This document shows positions 46,724-55,783 of a stretch of DNA of 64,000 nt, one piece after another. The number at the start of each line of letters is the position of its first letter. Position 1 is the first letter of the stretch. Origin of the DNA: a candidate division WWE3 bacterium CSP1-7 (lineage in GTDB: Bacteria > Patescibacteriota > WWE3 > 9FT-COMBO-53-11); assembly GCA_001443395.1 (NCBI GenBank), contig LDXK01000001.1:128001-192000 (forward strand), written 5' to 3'. A program made the position numbers and the translations under genes. The notes under the pieces are model-generated. The model did no database searches. It was not told where the DNA came from and saw only the letters and a program-made list of their open reading frames with translations.

Positions 46724-48326
46724 ATATTTCCTCCTCATAGATTTGAATCATCTCTCCCAACTTTTTCCGTTCCATAATTCCTTGGGGAGAAGGGACCTTG
46801 GACAGCTTCTCGGGAATTTTAACATCTGCGGGACGAAATCCCGTCCGCCGCTGCAAAACCAGTTTCTGCCGAAAGATATCTCGGGCGATTTTCTGCAGAT
46901 GTTCGTGGGAAAAATCCGCCCCCAGCGCCCGAAGGGCGGCAAAGGAAGTGGCAGGGTCCTCGAAAACCGAGGCCAGATAACCGCAACCGACCAAGGTCTC
47001 CGCCAGAGTTTTGGGATACTGGGTTTCCATCAATCGGTGGACCAGATCGGCCGGCTCAATTTCCTGTTCCAGAAGATCCAGATCAAGTAGGAATCCCCGG
47101 TTCTCCTCGGTGGTTGCTCCCAGTTGAAGTACTTGAGAGAGGATGGAAGCGTAACCATTGAAGTAGGGAAGGATCCCTAGACCGGCGATCCCCAAGGATC
47201 GAGAGTGGGTCGGCACGGACTCTCGAAGATCGCGGGCCCATTGTTCGCGTCCCGCAAACAGCGCTTCGATGAGCGTCAGATAGGTCTCTTCGTTGCCGAA
47301 CTCCAAGCCCTCTTTTTCCGTCAAGTAAGCCAGAATAGTTCCTAAGCAGACCGGGTCCAGCCCCAACCCCCAAACTCTTTCGATCAAGGAAGAGATCATC
47401 CGAGGTTCGAAGATTCCCAAGAGCGGGCCCAACGCCACCACACTCTCGTAGTCGTAGGGGGTAGAATTCTGCTGGCCTTTGAGAAGGTGGATACAACCAA
47501 CCGGACATCCGCCGCAGGCCACCCGACGGGCGGCGACGGTTTCCGCAAAGGCCGGGGCCAACAGCTCTTCTCCCGGCAGATTGGATTCCGCCAAATTATT
47601 GACCGGAACAGCGGCAATTTTTTTCTCGACCGCCAGATTGCGGAGAGTTCCCAATTGAGAGAGTTCCCGGTATCCCTGCATTTTTCGAGAGAGGGATTCG
47701 AAAACTTCTTGATAGCGGCGCTCGTCGGCGAAGCCCTCGCTTTTCTCTCCGGCGATTGTCATAATCTTGAAATTTTTCTGCGCCCAGGCCCGACCGAACC
47801 CGCCCCGAGGGAAAGAGAAGAATTCATCCAGGTAGAGAGGGGAGTAACCTATCCCCTGTTCGGCGGCCGGGCCGGTCGCCAGAACCGACTGCTTGCCGGG
47901 AACTCCCACCGAGGAAGAAACCAGCTCAAAAACTTTGGGAGTCTCCAATCCCAAAAAACGGCTGGCGTCGGCGAATTCGATTCTGTCCTCGTCCACCGTC
48001 ACCATCGTCGGCGAAGCGGCTTTCCCCAAAATCACTACGCCCTGGTAACCGGCGGCGCGCAGAAATCGAGCGAGATTACCTCCGGCGAAGGAGGTCGCGA
48101 GAAACCCCGTCTGGGGAGAGCGAAAAACCGCCACCGTTTTCGAAACGCCGGGAAAAATCGCGCTCAGCGGACCTCCTGCCAACACGATCGGCTCTTCCTC
48201 GAAAAACTGCTCGTAGAGCGCCAGCGCCCAACCCAGCCCCCCTACCAGAGGAATAAGCTCTTGATATGATTTGACCTCAAAGGTGCGGGAGGTGAGATTT
48301 ATCTGCAAAAAAGTTGGTGCGACCAT
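46707..48326 (-). CDS. Aldehyde:ferredoxin oxidoreductase family protein (GOR/AOR-like, divergent)
   Basis: INL...GG.G, RSPQTG...S.AGG, AGYQGVVILGKA..P, GPAAE, RGG.G....KNFK, CGGCPVGC, DYE and GLD. Confidence 0.85.
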   Translation of the reverse strand: MVAPTFLQINLTSRTFEVKSYQELIPLVGGLGWALALYEQFFEEEPIVLAGGPLSAIFPGVSKTVAVFRSPQTGFLATSFAGGNLARFLRAAGYQGVVILGKAASPTMVTVDEDRIEFADASRFLGLETPKVFELVSSSVGVPGKQSVLATGPAAEQGIGYSPLYLDEFFSFPRGGFGRAWAQKNFKIMTIAGEKSEGFADERRYQEVFESLSRKMQGYRELSQLGTLRNLAVEKKIAAVPVNNLAESNLPGEELLAPAFAETVAARRVACGGCPVGCIHLLKGQQNSTPYDYESVVALGPLLGIFEPRMISSLIERVWGLGLDPVCLGTILAYLTEKEGLEFGNEETYLTLIEALFAGREQWARDLRESVPTHSRSLGIAGLGILPYFNGYASILSQVLQLGATTEENRGFLLDLDLLEQEIEPADLVHRLMETQYPKTLAETLVGCGYLASVFEDPATSFAALRALGADFSHEHLQKIARDIFRQKLVLQRRTGFRPADVKIPEKLSKVPSPQGIMERKKLGEMIQIYEEEIYDKVS

Positions 48327-48331
48327 TGGAT

Positions 48332-48571
48332 TTACTCGCTGATCTCGTAGCAATTTTCCGGACAGACGTCGCGAATTTCGGGATAGTCGGTTTTTTGGCC
48401 GTAGTCAATCACCGCCCGAAAATAAGGCTGGCCCGCGGAAACCTTCCGGATCTGCAGAAAAGAGGCGGCGTAGGAGAGTTTTTTCTTAGTGATTCTGGCC
48501 GCCAGAAGTTCACAGAGCCCGCAACCGGTGCAGCGCTCCATCCGCGTCGGCTTAAGTATTTTAGTCATCAA
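48332..48571 (-). CDS. Small 4Fe-4S ferredoxin-like subunit
   Basis: RCTGCGLCEL...VCP gives one cluster; directly upstream of the AOR-family gene. Confidence 0.8.
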   Translation of the reverse strand: MMTKILKPTRMERCTGCGLCELLAARITKKKLSYAASFLQIRKVSAGQPYFRAVIDYGQKTDYPEIRDVCPENCYEISE

Positions 48572-48613
48572 GGGTAAGTATAGGGTAAAAGGTAGAAGGT
48601 ATAAAGATTAAGA

Positions 48614-48726
48614 GGCACGCAGGGAAGTAGTTTTGAGGAACATCCCGCAGGTCCGACGGGAGGAGGGCGAAGCGACCTGTTAAGCAGACAGGGACGCTGT
48701 TTCCGAAAAAATGCGACCCGAGTGCC
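48614..48726. repeat. Structured intergenic element related to 3883..4099
   Basis: GGCAC...GGGAAGTAGTTTTGAGGAACATCCCGCAG...GTTTCCGAAAAAATGCGACCCGAGTGCC. Confidence 0.55.
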
Positions 48727-49724
48727 TAATATCCAAGTGCTTTGAGGCCGGGGAGTTCTTTGCCGGCGAGAAATTCCAGCATCGCTCCCCCGCCCATCGA
48801 AACGTACCCCATTTTTTCAAGCAGGCCGAAGGCCGAAAGTGCCGCAATCGTGTCCCCTCCGCCGACAATCGTCTTGCCAGGATGCTCGGCCAAGGACTTC
48901 GCCACCGCTCTCGTTCCCGCGGCATACTTATCATCCTCCCACTTACCCATTGGTCCGTTCCAAACCACCGTCTTTGCGTTCTTGACTATTTCGGTAAACT
49001 TCTTCTCGGTTTCCGGCCCGATATCAAAAGTCTCAACGGCGTCTACCGGGAAAACGGCCCGGGTGATTTTTCTCAAACTCTGGTCAAACATCAGGAGACC
49101 CCCGAGGAGAACAGAATCGGCCACTTCCGCAAAGTTGGAAACCAGCGGCGCTTTCGTCTCGGTTTTTGCCCCTCCCAGGATAAAAACCAGCGGCCGTTCC
49201 GGATTTTCCAGCACTCCGCCAAGTTCTTTTACTTCTTCCGCCAACCGCAAACCGGCATAGGCCGGAAGGTGCTGCGGAACGCCGGCGATCGAGGCGTGAG
49301 CGCGATGAGAAGCGGCAAAGGAATCATTGACGTAAAGGTCGCCCAGCTCCGCCAATTCCTGGGCAAATTTCGGATCGTTTTCTTCCTCGCCCTCCCAAAA
49401 ACGCAAGTTCTCCAAAACCGATGCCCGATTCTCCGATTCTCCAATTCTCAAATCCTCAAAAAACCCCACCTTTTCCCCAAGTTCTTTTGAAAACCAATCC
49501 GCAATCGGTTTTAAAGACAGGGCGGGATTAAGCTTCCCCTCGGGGCGTCCGGCGTGGCCAATGATCAAAACCTGCGCTCGATTCTCCAACAAATAATTGA
49601 GAGTAGGAACAAGGGCTTTGATACGATAATCCTCTCCCACCTCCCCGTCTTTGATCGGTACGTCAAGATCACCTCGCAGCAGAACCCGCTTTCCCGAAAG
49701 TTCCGCCTCTTTAAGGATTTTCAT
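48726..49724 (-). CDS. pgk: Phosphoglycerate kinase (short form)
   Basis: RGDLDVP, GHAGRP, LENLRF, HRAHAS, GGAK, WNGPMG, GGGDT and SMGGGAMLEFL. Confidence 0.96.
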   Translation of the reverse strand: MKILKEAELSGKRVLLRGDLDVPIKDGEVGEDYRIKALVPTLNYLLENRAQVLIIGHAGRPEGKLNPALSLKPIADWFSKELGEKVGFFEDLRIGESENRASVLENLRFWEGEEENDPKFAQELAELGDLYVNDSFAASHRAHASIAGVPQHLPAYAGLRLAEEVKELGGVLENPERPLVFILGGAKTETKAPLVSNFAEVADSVLLGGLLMFDQSLRKITRAVFPVDAVETFDIGPETEKKFTEIVKNAKTVVWNGPMGKWEDDKYAAGTRAVAKSLAEHPGKTIVGGGDTIAALSAFGLLEKMGYVSMGGGAMLEFLAGKELPGLKALGY

Positions 49725-50355
49725 TTCCTTCCTGATTTTCCTCGGTAATAAATCGCAGACTCTTTCCCATTTCTTCAAAGATCACCGCGTAATCCGCTTC
49801 GCCGTATTTATTCCAAGCCAGTGTGAAATCATTCTCTCCTTTTGCAAAGAAGATGATTTCTTTTTCAGGAGTGGTAATTCGTTCACCATAGATATCGTTG
49901 GCAAAGAAACTGCAGGCGGATTGGTCGCTCTCGCAGGCGGTTTTACCGCGAGCGGCGTTGGAGGACACGGACAGGCTGACATAGTCTTTCGGCAAGATCT
50001 CGCCTTCCTGTTGAGCTTTCGGTTGAAAAGTTATCAAAGAGGTATTGGCTTCGGTTGCCTCCCAATTATCAGGGTAGCGAAGGCCCAGACCGTGAGTTTC
50101 GCTGCGGTACACCAACCAGTTTTCGTAGGGATTGGGACCGGCTAGGAAAGAGGCAGGAACATAGCGCTGCCAGAGCACCACCGCCAGATAGCCGGCGGAA
50201 AAAACCACCGCGGTTGCCAGGATGAAAAGGAGGGCAAGGCCAGCCCTTCGCCAAGTAACTCGGCGTTTGGGCTTGGTCTCAATCTCTTTTGATTCGTAAG
50301 ACCTCTTGACGGAATCGGTAGCTTTTTCCTCCTCGCCAGAGATTTCGGAATCCAC
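49711..50355 (-). CDS. Membrane-anchored protein, PsbP-like extracellular domain
   Basis: Single TM; W..Y.....G..LRYP.NW pattern; overlaps the pgk start. Confidence 0.6.
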   Translation of the reverse strand: MDSEISGEEEKATDSVKRSYESKEIETKPKRRVTWRRAGLALLFILATAVVFSAGYLAVVLWQRYVPASFLAGPNPYENWLVYRSETHGLGLRYPDNWEATEANTSLITFQPKAQQEGEILPKDYVSLSVSSNAARGKTACESDQSACSFFANDIYGERITTPEKEIIFFAKGENDFTLAWNKYGEADYAVIFEEMGKSLRFITEENQEGNENP

Positions 50356-50378
50356 AAAAATAGAGTAGCATTTAGAGT

Positions 50379-50522
50379 GTGTTTAAATTCGTCCGCGAAT
50401 CGGGATTGGTGCAGCTGATACTGTTGATCGCAATCGGAGTGATTCTCTATTACAACTGGCCCAAAATCTGGGAGGGAGTGATCGTAATTCTCAATAATCT
50501 GCAGACGAGATTTAAGCTTTAA
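50379..50522 (+). CDS. Small membrane protein (47 aa; not in ORF track)
   Basis: GTG start; MFKFVRESGLVQLILLIAIGVILYYNWPKIWEG... Confidence 0.45.
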   Translation: MFKFVRESGLVQLILLIAIGVILYYNWPKIWEGVIVILNNLQTRFKL

Positions 50523-50559
50523 TCAGACTTCCGACCCGGATCACGTGCTCGACTAGCGC
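50512..50559 (-). pseudogene. Remnant duplicate of the gap 3' end
   Basis: Translates ALVEHVIRVGSLIKA* versus the gap C-terminus ALVEHVVRVGNLISK*. Confidence 0.75.
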
Positions 50560-50621
50560 GTTTGAGGACGGCTTGCCTGCGGCAAACCTAGCTCCGCTGA
50601 ATTTTGGATACCAAACTAAAC

Positions 50622-51635
50622 CTACTTGGAGATTAGATTTCCAACCCGGACGACGTGTTCAACCAGTGCAGCGGAGTAGCCCCACTCATTATCGTACCAA
50701 GCAAGAACTTTAACCAAATCGCCGTCCACCACCCGCGTCATTGCCAGATCGACAATTGAGGCGTGCGGATCTTTGATGATATCCGAGGAAACGATCGGAT
50801 CTTCCGTCACTGCCAGGACCTTTTCCCAGCGGGGGTCTTGGGAGGCATCCTTAAGGATCTTGTTGACCTCCACCACGGAGGTCTTGCGTTTGGCCAAAAA
50901 TGTAAAGTCCACAATCGAACCGCAGACCACCGGGACTCGCAGCGCAATTCCATCGAAGAGGCCCTCCAAACCATTGAGAGACTTGACGACCGACTCCGCC
51001 GCTCCGGTGGAAGATGGAACAATGTTCATCGCCGCTGCCCTTCCCCGCCGGGGATCTTTGGTGGCCGGCCCATCCACCAAACTCTGCGTCGCAGTGTAAC
51101 CGTGGGCGGTGTTAAGCATTCCCTTGATCACGCCGATTTTTTCCATCATCACCGCCGCCACGGGAACGGCCGCGTTGGTGGTGCAGGAAGCGTTGCAGGT
51201 CACCAGCGGAAGATCGCCTGTGAAGAGCGCATCGTTGGCGCCAATGAGGGCGTAGGGCACATTCCCCTTGGCCGGAGCGGTGATGACCACCCGCTTGGCG
51301 CCGGCCTTGATATGCTTTTCGGCCTCTTCAAGTTCATCGAACCGGCCGGTGGATTCAACGACAACATCAATATCCATCTCTTTCCAAGGCAAAAGTCCGG
51401 GGTCTTTTTCGGAAAGGATTTTGATCTTTTTGCCACCGACTACCAAGCTTCCGTCAGAGATCTTAACTTCCTTGTCGTAGCGCCCGTAAACAGTGTCGTA
51501 GCGCAGAAGGTAGGCCAGTGTCTCCGGCTCGCCCAGGTCGTTGATCGCCACAAATTCAAGCTCCGGCCGCTCAAAGGCAATTTTGAAAAAGGCCCGACCG
51601 ATCCGGCCGAAGCCGTTAATCGCAACTCGGGTCAC
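50622..51635 (-). CDS. gap: Glyceraldehyde-3-phosphate dehydrogenase, type I
   Basis: AINGFGRIGR, NASCTTN and WYDNEWGY; GTG start overlaps the trxA stop. Confidence 0.97.
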   Translation of the reverse strand: MTRVAINGFGRIGRAFFKIAFERPELEFVAINDLGEPETLAYLLRYDTVYGRYDKEVKISDGSLVVGGKKIKILSEKDPGLLPWKEMDIDVVVESTGRFDELEEAEKHIKAGAKRVVITAPAKGNVPYALIGANDALFTGDLPLVTCNASCTTNAAVPVAAVMMEKIGVIKGMLNTAHGYTATQSLVDGPATKDPRRGRAAAMNIVPSSTGAAESVVKSLNGLEGLFDGIALRVPVVCGSIVDFTFLAKRKTSVVEVNKILKDASQDPRWEKVLAVTEDPIVSSDIIKDPHASIVDLAMTRVVDGDLVKVLAWYDNEWGYSAALVEHVVRVGNLISK

Positions 51636-51898
51636 AGCTGTTCCTCCACCCACCGTTTGAACTCCTCTTTAGGACGGGCGCCGGTGGTTCGCGCCACTTC
51701 CTTGCCATCTTTTTCAATCACGTAGGTGGGGATCGACATCACGCCGTACTTTTGGGCCATCTCACCCTGAGCATCCACATCGTATGCCACAAATTCCGCC
51801 TTGCCGGCGAGTTCTTTTTCCAGCTCCTCAATCGTGGGTTTCATCACATTGCAGGGTGGACACCAAGTCGCCCAAAAATCCAAAACTTTAACCGCCAT
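51632..51898 (-). CDS. trxA: Thioredoxin
   Basis: DFWATWCPPC and YGVMSIPT. Confidence 0.92.
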   Translation of the reverse strand: MAVKVLDFWATWCPPCNVMKPTIEELEKELAGKAEFVAYDVDAQGEMAQKYGVMSIPTYVIEKDGKEVARTTGARPKEEFKRWVEEQL

Positions 51899-51970
51899 TT
51901 CAACTTTAAGATAGCAAAAATAGCCAATAGGAATGCTGTCCGAGCGCAAAACCTGTGTTACGATAATCGC

Positions 51971-53803
51971 GTGGAAGCTCTTCTCTCCTCCCTAAATCCG
52001 CAACAACAGGCCGCCGTCCGCTGCGCCGACGGCCCCTCGCTAATCGTCGCCGGGCCGGGGTCGGGAAAGACCCGCGTCCTCACTCACAAAATCGCCCACC
52101 TGATTCGAAACGAAGGAATTCCCTCCCACCAAATCCTCGCCGTTACTTTCACCAACAAAGCCGCCGACGAGATGCGCGAGAGGGTGGAAAAACTACTGAG
52201 CGACTCAACGGAGGGACGGCCGGAGTCGTTAATTCCATGGATGGGAACCTTTCATTCCATCTGCGCCCGCATCCTGCGACGGGAAGGAACGGAGATCGGT
52301 ATCCCGGCCAGCTTTATCATCTACGACGAAAACGACCAGCGCGATCTCATCAAAGATATTCTTAAATTGATCGGCCGCGGTGAAGAGCGTTTCTCGCCGG
52401 GAGGGGTCTCGGCCGCCATCTCCCAAGCCAAGAACGAAATGATCAGTCCCGAAACATATCAAGAGATGGCGGAAGGAAACTTTCAACAGGCGGTGGCGGA
52501 AATCTATCCCCGCTACCAAGAAAGGGTCAAAAAGGCCGGGGGGCTTGATTTTGACGACCTGCTGCTGGAAACAGCCCGGCTTTTCCAAGAGCGCCCGGCG
52601 ATCCTGGCGCGCTGGCAGAAATCTTTCCGACACGTTCTAGTGGATGAATACCAAGACACCAATCGCGTCCAGTACCTGCTGGTGCGGCTTCTCTCCAAGA
52701 CCCACCACAACCTTACCGTCGTGGGCGACATGTCCCAAGCAATTTATTCCTGGCGGGGAGCAGACTTCCGGAACCTCCTCCGCTTTCAACAAGATTATCC
52801 CCAAGCGCAGATTTTTCACCTCGCCCAAAACTACCGCTCCACCAAGCGAATTCTCTTGGCGGCGCGCTCGCTAATCGAGCACAACCGCACCCACATTCCG
52901 CTGGAACTCTGGACCGATAATGAGGAAGGGCTCCCGGTCGTGCTCTACGCCGCGGACAACGAGCTCGACGAAGCCTTCTATCTCTCCACGCAAATCTCCG
53001 CTCTGCTTTCAAATGGGAACGCCAGGAACTTCACCGACTTCGCCGTCCTCTACCGCACCAACGCCCAATCGCGGGTCCTGGAAGAAGTTTTTATGCGCGG
53101 CGGAATTCCCTACCTCCTGATCGGCGGCACCAAATTCTATGAGAGAAAAGAAGTCAAGGACATTCTGGCTTATCTCCGTCTCCTGCTAAATCCGCAGGAC
53201 CAGCTGAGTCGGGAGCGGGCCGAAAAAGTCGGCAAAAGGCGACTCGCTGGCCTGAACGCCTCCGACCGGGACGAGCTGGTGGCGCTTCCTCCCGCTCAGA
53301 TGATTCAAAAAATTCTTCAACTCACCGAATACTTGGGATACCTGGATGACGGTTCGGAGGAAGGCCAATCACGGGTCGAGAACGTCAAGGAGCTCTCATC
53401 GGTCGCCGCTTCCTTTGGGTCCCTGCCGGAGTTCCTTCAGCACGTGGCGCTGGTCCAACCCACCGACGCCCTTTCCCGCCGGATCCGGCGGGACTCGGTC
53501 TCGCTGATGACGCTCCACTCCGCCAAAGGGTTGGAATTTCCCTACGTCTTCATCACGGGGTTGGAGGAGGGATTGCTCCCCCACGCCCGCAGCTTGGGCA
53601 GCACCGAAGAAATCGAGGAGGAACGCCGGCTCTGCTACGTCGGAGTAACTCGAGCGAAAAAACAGCTCCATCTCTGCTTTGCGCGCGAGCGCCTGCTCTT
53701 CGGGTCCCGTTCCGAGAACCTGCCGTCCCGTTTTCTCAATGAGATCGGCGAGGAAAACATGTTGATGCATCTCTCTCAAGGAGGACTGGCCGATGAGTTT
53801 TAA
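51971..53803 (+). CDS. pcrA: ATP-dependent DNA helicase PcrA/UvrD
   Basis: LNPQQ, AGPGSGKTRVL, TFTNKAA, VDEYQDTN, QNYRST, TLHSAKGLEF and EERRLCYV; GTG start at 51971. Confidence 0.95.
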   Translation: MEALLSSLNPQQQAAVRCADGPSLIVAGPGSGKTRVLTHKIAHLIRNEGIPSHQILAVTFTNKAADEMRERVEKLLSDSTEGRPESLIPWMGTFHSICARILRREGTEIGIPASFIIYDENDQRDLIKDILKLIGRGEERFSPGGVSAAISQAKNEMISPETYQEMAEGNFQQAVAEIYPRYQERVKKAGGLDFDDLLLETARLFQERPAILARWQKSFRHVLVDEYQDTNRVQYLLVRLLSKTHHNLTVVGDMSQAIYSWRGADFRNLLRFQQDYPQAQIFHLAQNYRSTKRILLAARSLIEHNRTHIPLELWTDNEEGLPVVLYAADNELDEAFYLSTQISALLSNGNARNFTDFAVLYRTNAQSRVLEEVFMRGGIPYLLIGGTKFYERKEVKDILAYLRLLLNPQDQLSRERAEKVGKRRLAGLNASDRDELVALPPAQMIQKILQLTEYLGYLDDGSEEGQSRVENVKELSSVAASFGSLPEFLQHVALVQPTDALSRRIRRDSVSLMTLHSAKGLEFPYVFITGLEEGLLPHARSLGSTEEIEEERRLCYVGVTRAKKQLHLCFARERLLFGSRSENLPSRFLNEIGEENMLMHLSQGGLADEF

Positions 53804-54320
53804 CCCCCAAATTAGAGAGGGGGTGGCGGCCGCCGCCGTCCACTCGGTGCTGATCCTTCTCCTCGCGGGAGGAGTGGGTTATCTTTTCAGCCAATTTGAG
53901 CAAATTGAAAAGCAAAACATTCCGGTCTTGGCGACGGCGACCAATTGCCCCGGGAAAAAATCGAATTATCCCCTCGTTTATAAAGAAAAACTTCCCAATG
54001 GAAAAACGGTTTCCTTCCGCTACAACTGTGTCCAATCCGGTTTTCTGGCCACTTCTTACGACGGCAACTGCAAAGGATGTAGCGGCCGAACCCGCCTTAC
54101 CAACGAGTCGGTCACCTGGGGAGTTTGCGCCGTGGACACCGACGTGATCCGCCCCTACAAGGACACCCGCTCCAAGTTTTACGTCCCCGGCTACGGCCCT
54201 TGCAAGGCGGCGGATACGGGAGGAGCAGTTAAAGGAAAAATGATTGATTTGGGATTTGAAGATATTTCTAAAGGCTGGTGGAGCCGAAGATACACAGACA
54301 TATACACTTTTGTCGAGTAA
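53793..54320 (+). CDS. 3D-domain (MltA-like C-terminal) peptidoglycan-active protein
   Basis: N-terminal TM; AVD..VI, YVPGYG...AADTGGAVKG..IDL. Confidence 0.85.
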   Translation: MSFNPQIREGVAAAAVHSVLILLLAGGVGYLFSQFEQIEKQNIPVLATATNCPGKKSNYPLVYKEKLPNGKTVSFRYNCVQSGFLATSYDGNCKGCSGRTRLTNESVTWGVCAVDTDVIRPYKDTRSKFYVPGYGPCKAADTGGAVKGKMIDLGFEDISKGWWSRRYTDIYTFVE

Positions 54321-54373
54321 CATATACCCGGCTCTATCATAGTATACTATATATAGTATAACCTTACCAAATG

Positions 54374-54402
54374 AAAAGAGGCGGTGTGGGAAGGCACCGC
54401 CT
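54374..54402 (-). terminator. Intrinsic terminator
   Basis: Minus strand AGGCGGTG-CCTTCCCA-CACCGCCT-CTTTT after 54415..54831. Confidence 0.65.
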
Positions 54403-54414
54403 AGTAGTTCAGTG

Positions 54415-54831
54415 TTAAGAACTGAAATTTTTGCGCTGAATTGTAATGTCCGCGTCGAACTTGGCCCCCAGCTTCCCCAAGAGTTTTGAGAGCTCCCGCT
54501 CTTCCTCTTGATTCGGCTTAAGCCAATAGAAGACCCGGAGGACGCGTTCGGCTTCGAGCAATGTTCCCCCCAATGTCAGCATCCTTGCATTGTTCTTTTT
54601 CCGCCAGATCTTGATCGATCGATACAACTCGTTGTCCAGGAGCGGAAAGAGCTGATTCCGGGCGGCGAAGATGCGGTGCTCGAGAAGATCCCGCTCATCT
54701 GAGAGTCGGTTGAAACGCACCGCCATGCTTACCAACAGCACCATTGCGAGCACGAAGAGCCCGAACCAAATCCAAGCAGCCACGACTTTCTCTCCTTGCC
54801 AGCCGGCGTTGCCTTGTTCCTTTCTTCCCAA
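54415..54831 (-). CDS. Hypothetical single-TM protein
   Basis: ORF with one TM and a downstream terminator; start uncertain. Confidence 0.55.
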   Translation of the reverse strand: MGRKEQGNAGWQGEKVVAAWIWFGLFVLAMVLLVSMAVRFNRLSDERDLLEHRIFAARNQLFPLLDNELYRSIKIWRKKNNARMLTLGGTLLEAERVLRVFYWLKPNQEEERELSKLLGKLGAKFDADITIQRKNFSS

Positions 54832-54937
54832 AGGAACGTTGCCTTGCCGGAGGCGTTGAGCTGAATGCGCCGGGTGCGCAATCGTTTTAATTATATCTCG
54901 CTATAGGACTAAGTCAAAGAAGCTATAATTTGGACGG

Positions 54938-55729
54938 ATGGCAAAAAAGTCTCTTGGCCAAAATTTCTTGGTTGATCAGAGAGCTGTTCAAGACCTAGTG
55001 GAGACGGCCGGGGTTAGAAAAGATGACGCCGTTCTGGAGGTTGGAGCCGGAACCGGCGTGGTTACCTTAGAACTTGCAAAACGGGGCGGCAAAATTATCG
55101 CCGTCGAGTTTGATCGCGATCTAATCCCCACTCTCCGCGAAAACCTGAAAGAATTCCAGAACGTTGAGATCATCAACGCTGATATTCTCTCCCTAGACCT
55201 TATACCCTATACCCTATCCCCTAGCTTTAAGATCGTCGGCGCCATTCCCTACCAAATCACTTCTCCACTGATTCACAAGATTTTGCACTCTCCCCACCGG
55301 CCGAAATCGATTACCTTTATAGTTCAAAAGGAGGTGGCCGAAAAGATAGCGGCGGCGGCGCCTGATGCCACCTATCTCTCCAATTTTGTCGCCAATTTCG
55401 GCGAAGCGCAGGTTGTCAAGACCATCAAACCGGGGGCCTTCTCTCCCCAACCGAAAGTGGACTCCGCAATTATTCATATCGAACTCTATCCCAAACCAAA
55501 AATCGGGGATGCGGTGAAGCTGGAGAAATTCCTTCACCACGGTTTTGCCCAACCGCGCAAGATGCTGCACCATCGGTTCGAAGCCGGAATATTGGCGGGA
55601 TCAAAAATACCGCTACAGGCCCGGCCGGCTCACCTATCAAGGGAGGACTGGCGCAATCTCTATCGGGAACTTTCGATGACGAGGGAGCGTAGCAAAACCC
55701 GTCGCGGCGACGGAACCTGGCGAAGTTAG
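54938..55729 (+). CDS. rsmA: 16S rRNA dimethyladenosine transferase
   Basis: KKSLGQNFL, LEVGAGTG, IPYQITSP, QKEVA and PQPKVDSA. Confidence 0.96.
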   Translation: MAKKSLGQNFLVDQRAVQDLVETAGVRKDDAVLEVGAGTGVVTLELAKRGGKIIAVEFDRDLIPTLRENLKEFQNVEIINADILSLDLIPYTLSPSFKIVGAIPYQITSPLIHKILHSPHRPKSITFIVQKEVAEKIAAAAPDATYLSNFVANFGEAQVVKTIKPGAFSPQPKVDSAIIHIELYPKPKIGDAVKLEKFLHHGFAQPRKMLHHRFEAGILAGSKIPLQARPAHLSREDWRNLYRELSMTRERSKTRRGDGTWRS

Positions 55730-55783
55730 TGCTGCCCTTCGCTAACGCTCAGGTTGCAATAATTACTCGCTGGCGCTGCGTCA

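Noticed and set aside
50512-50670. Diversity-generating retroelement TR/VR pair
   Set aside because: Differences are not adenine-specific and no reverse transcriptase is present in the window.
51752-51970. N-terminal extensions given by the ORF track for pcrA (also nusA, trxA, pgk)
   Set aside because: They overlap neighbouring genes or promoters; family homology begins at the downstream starts used here.
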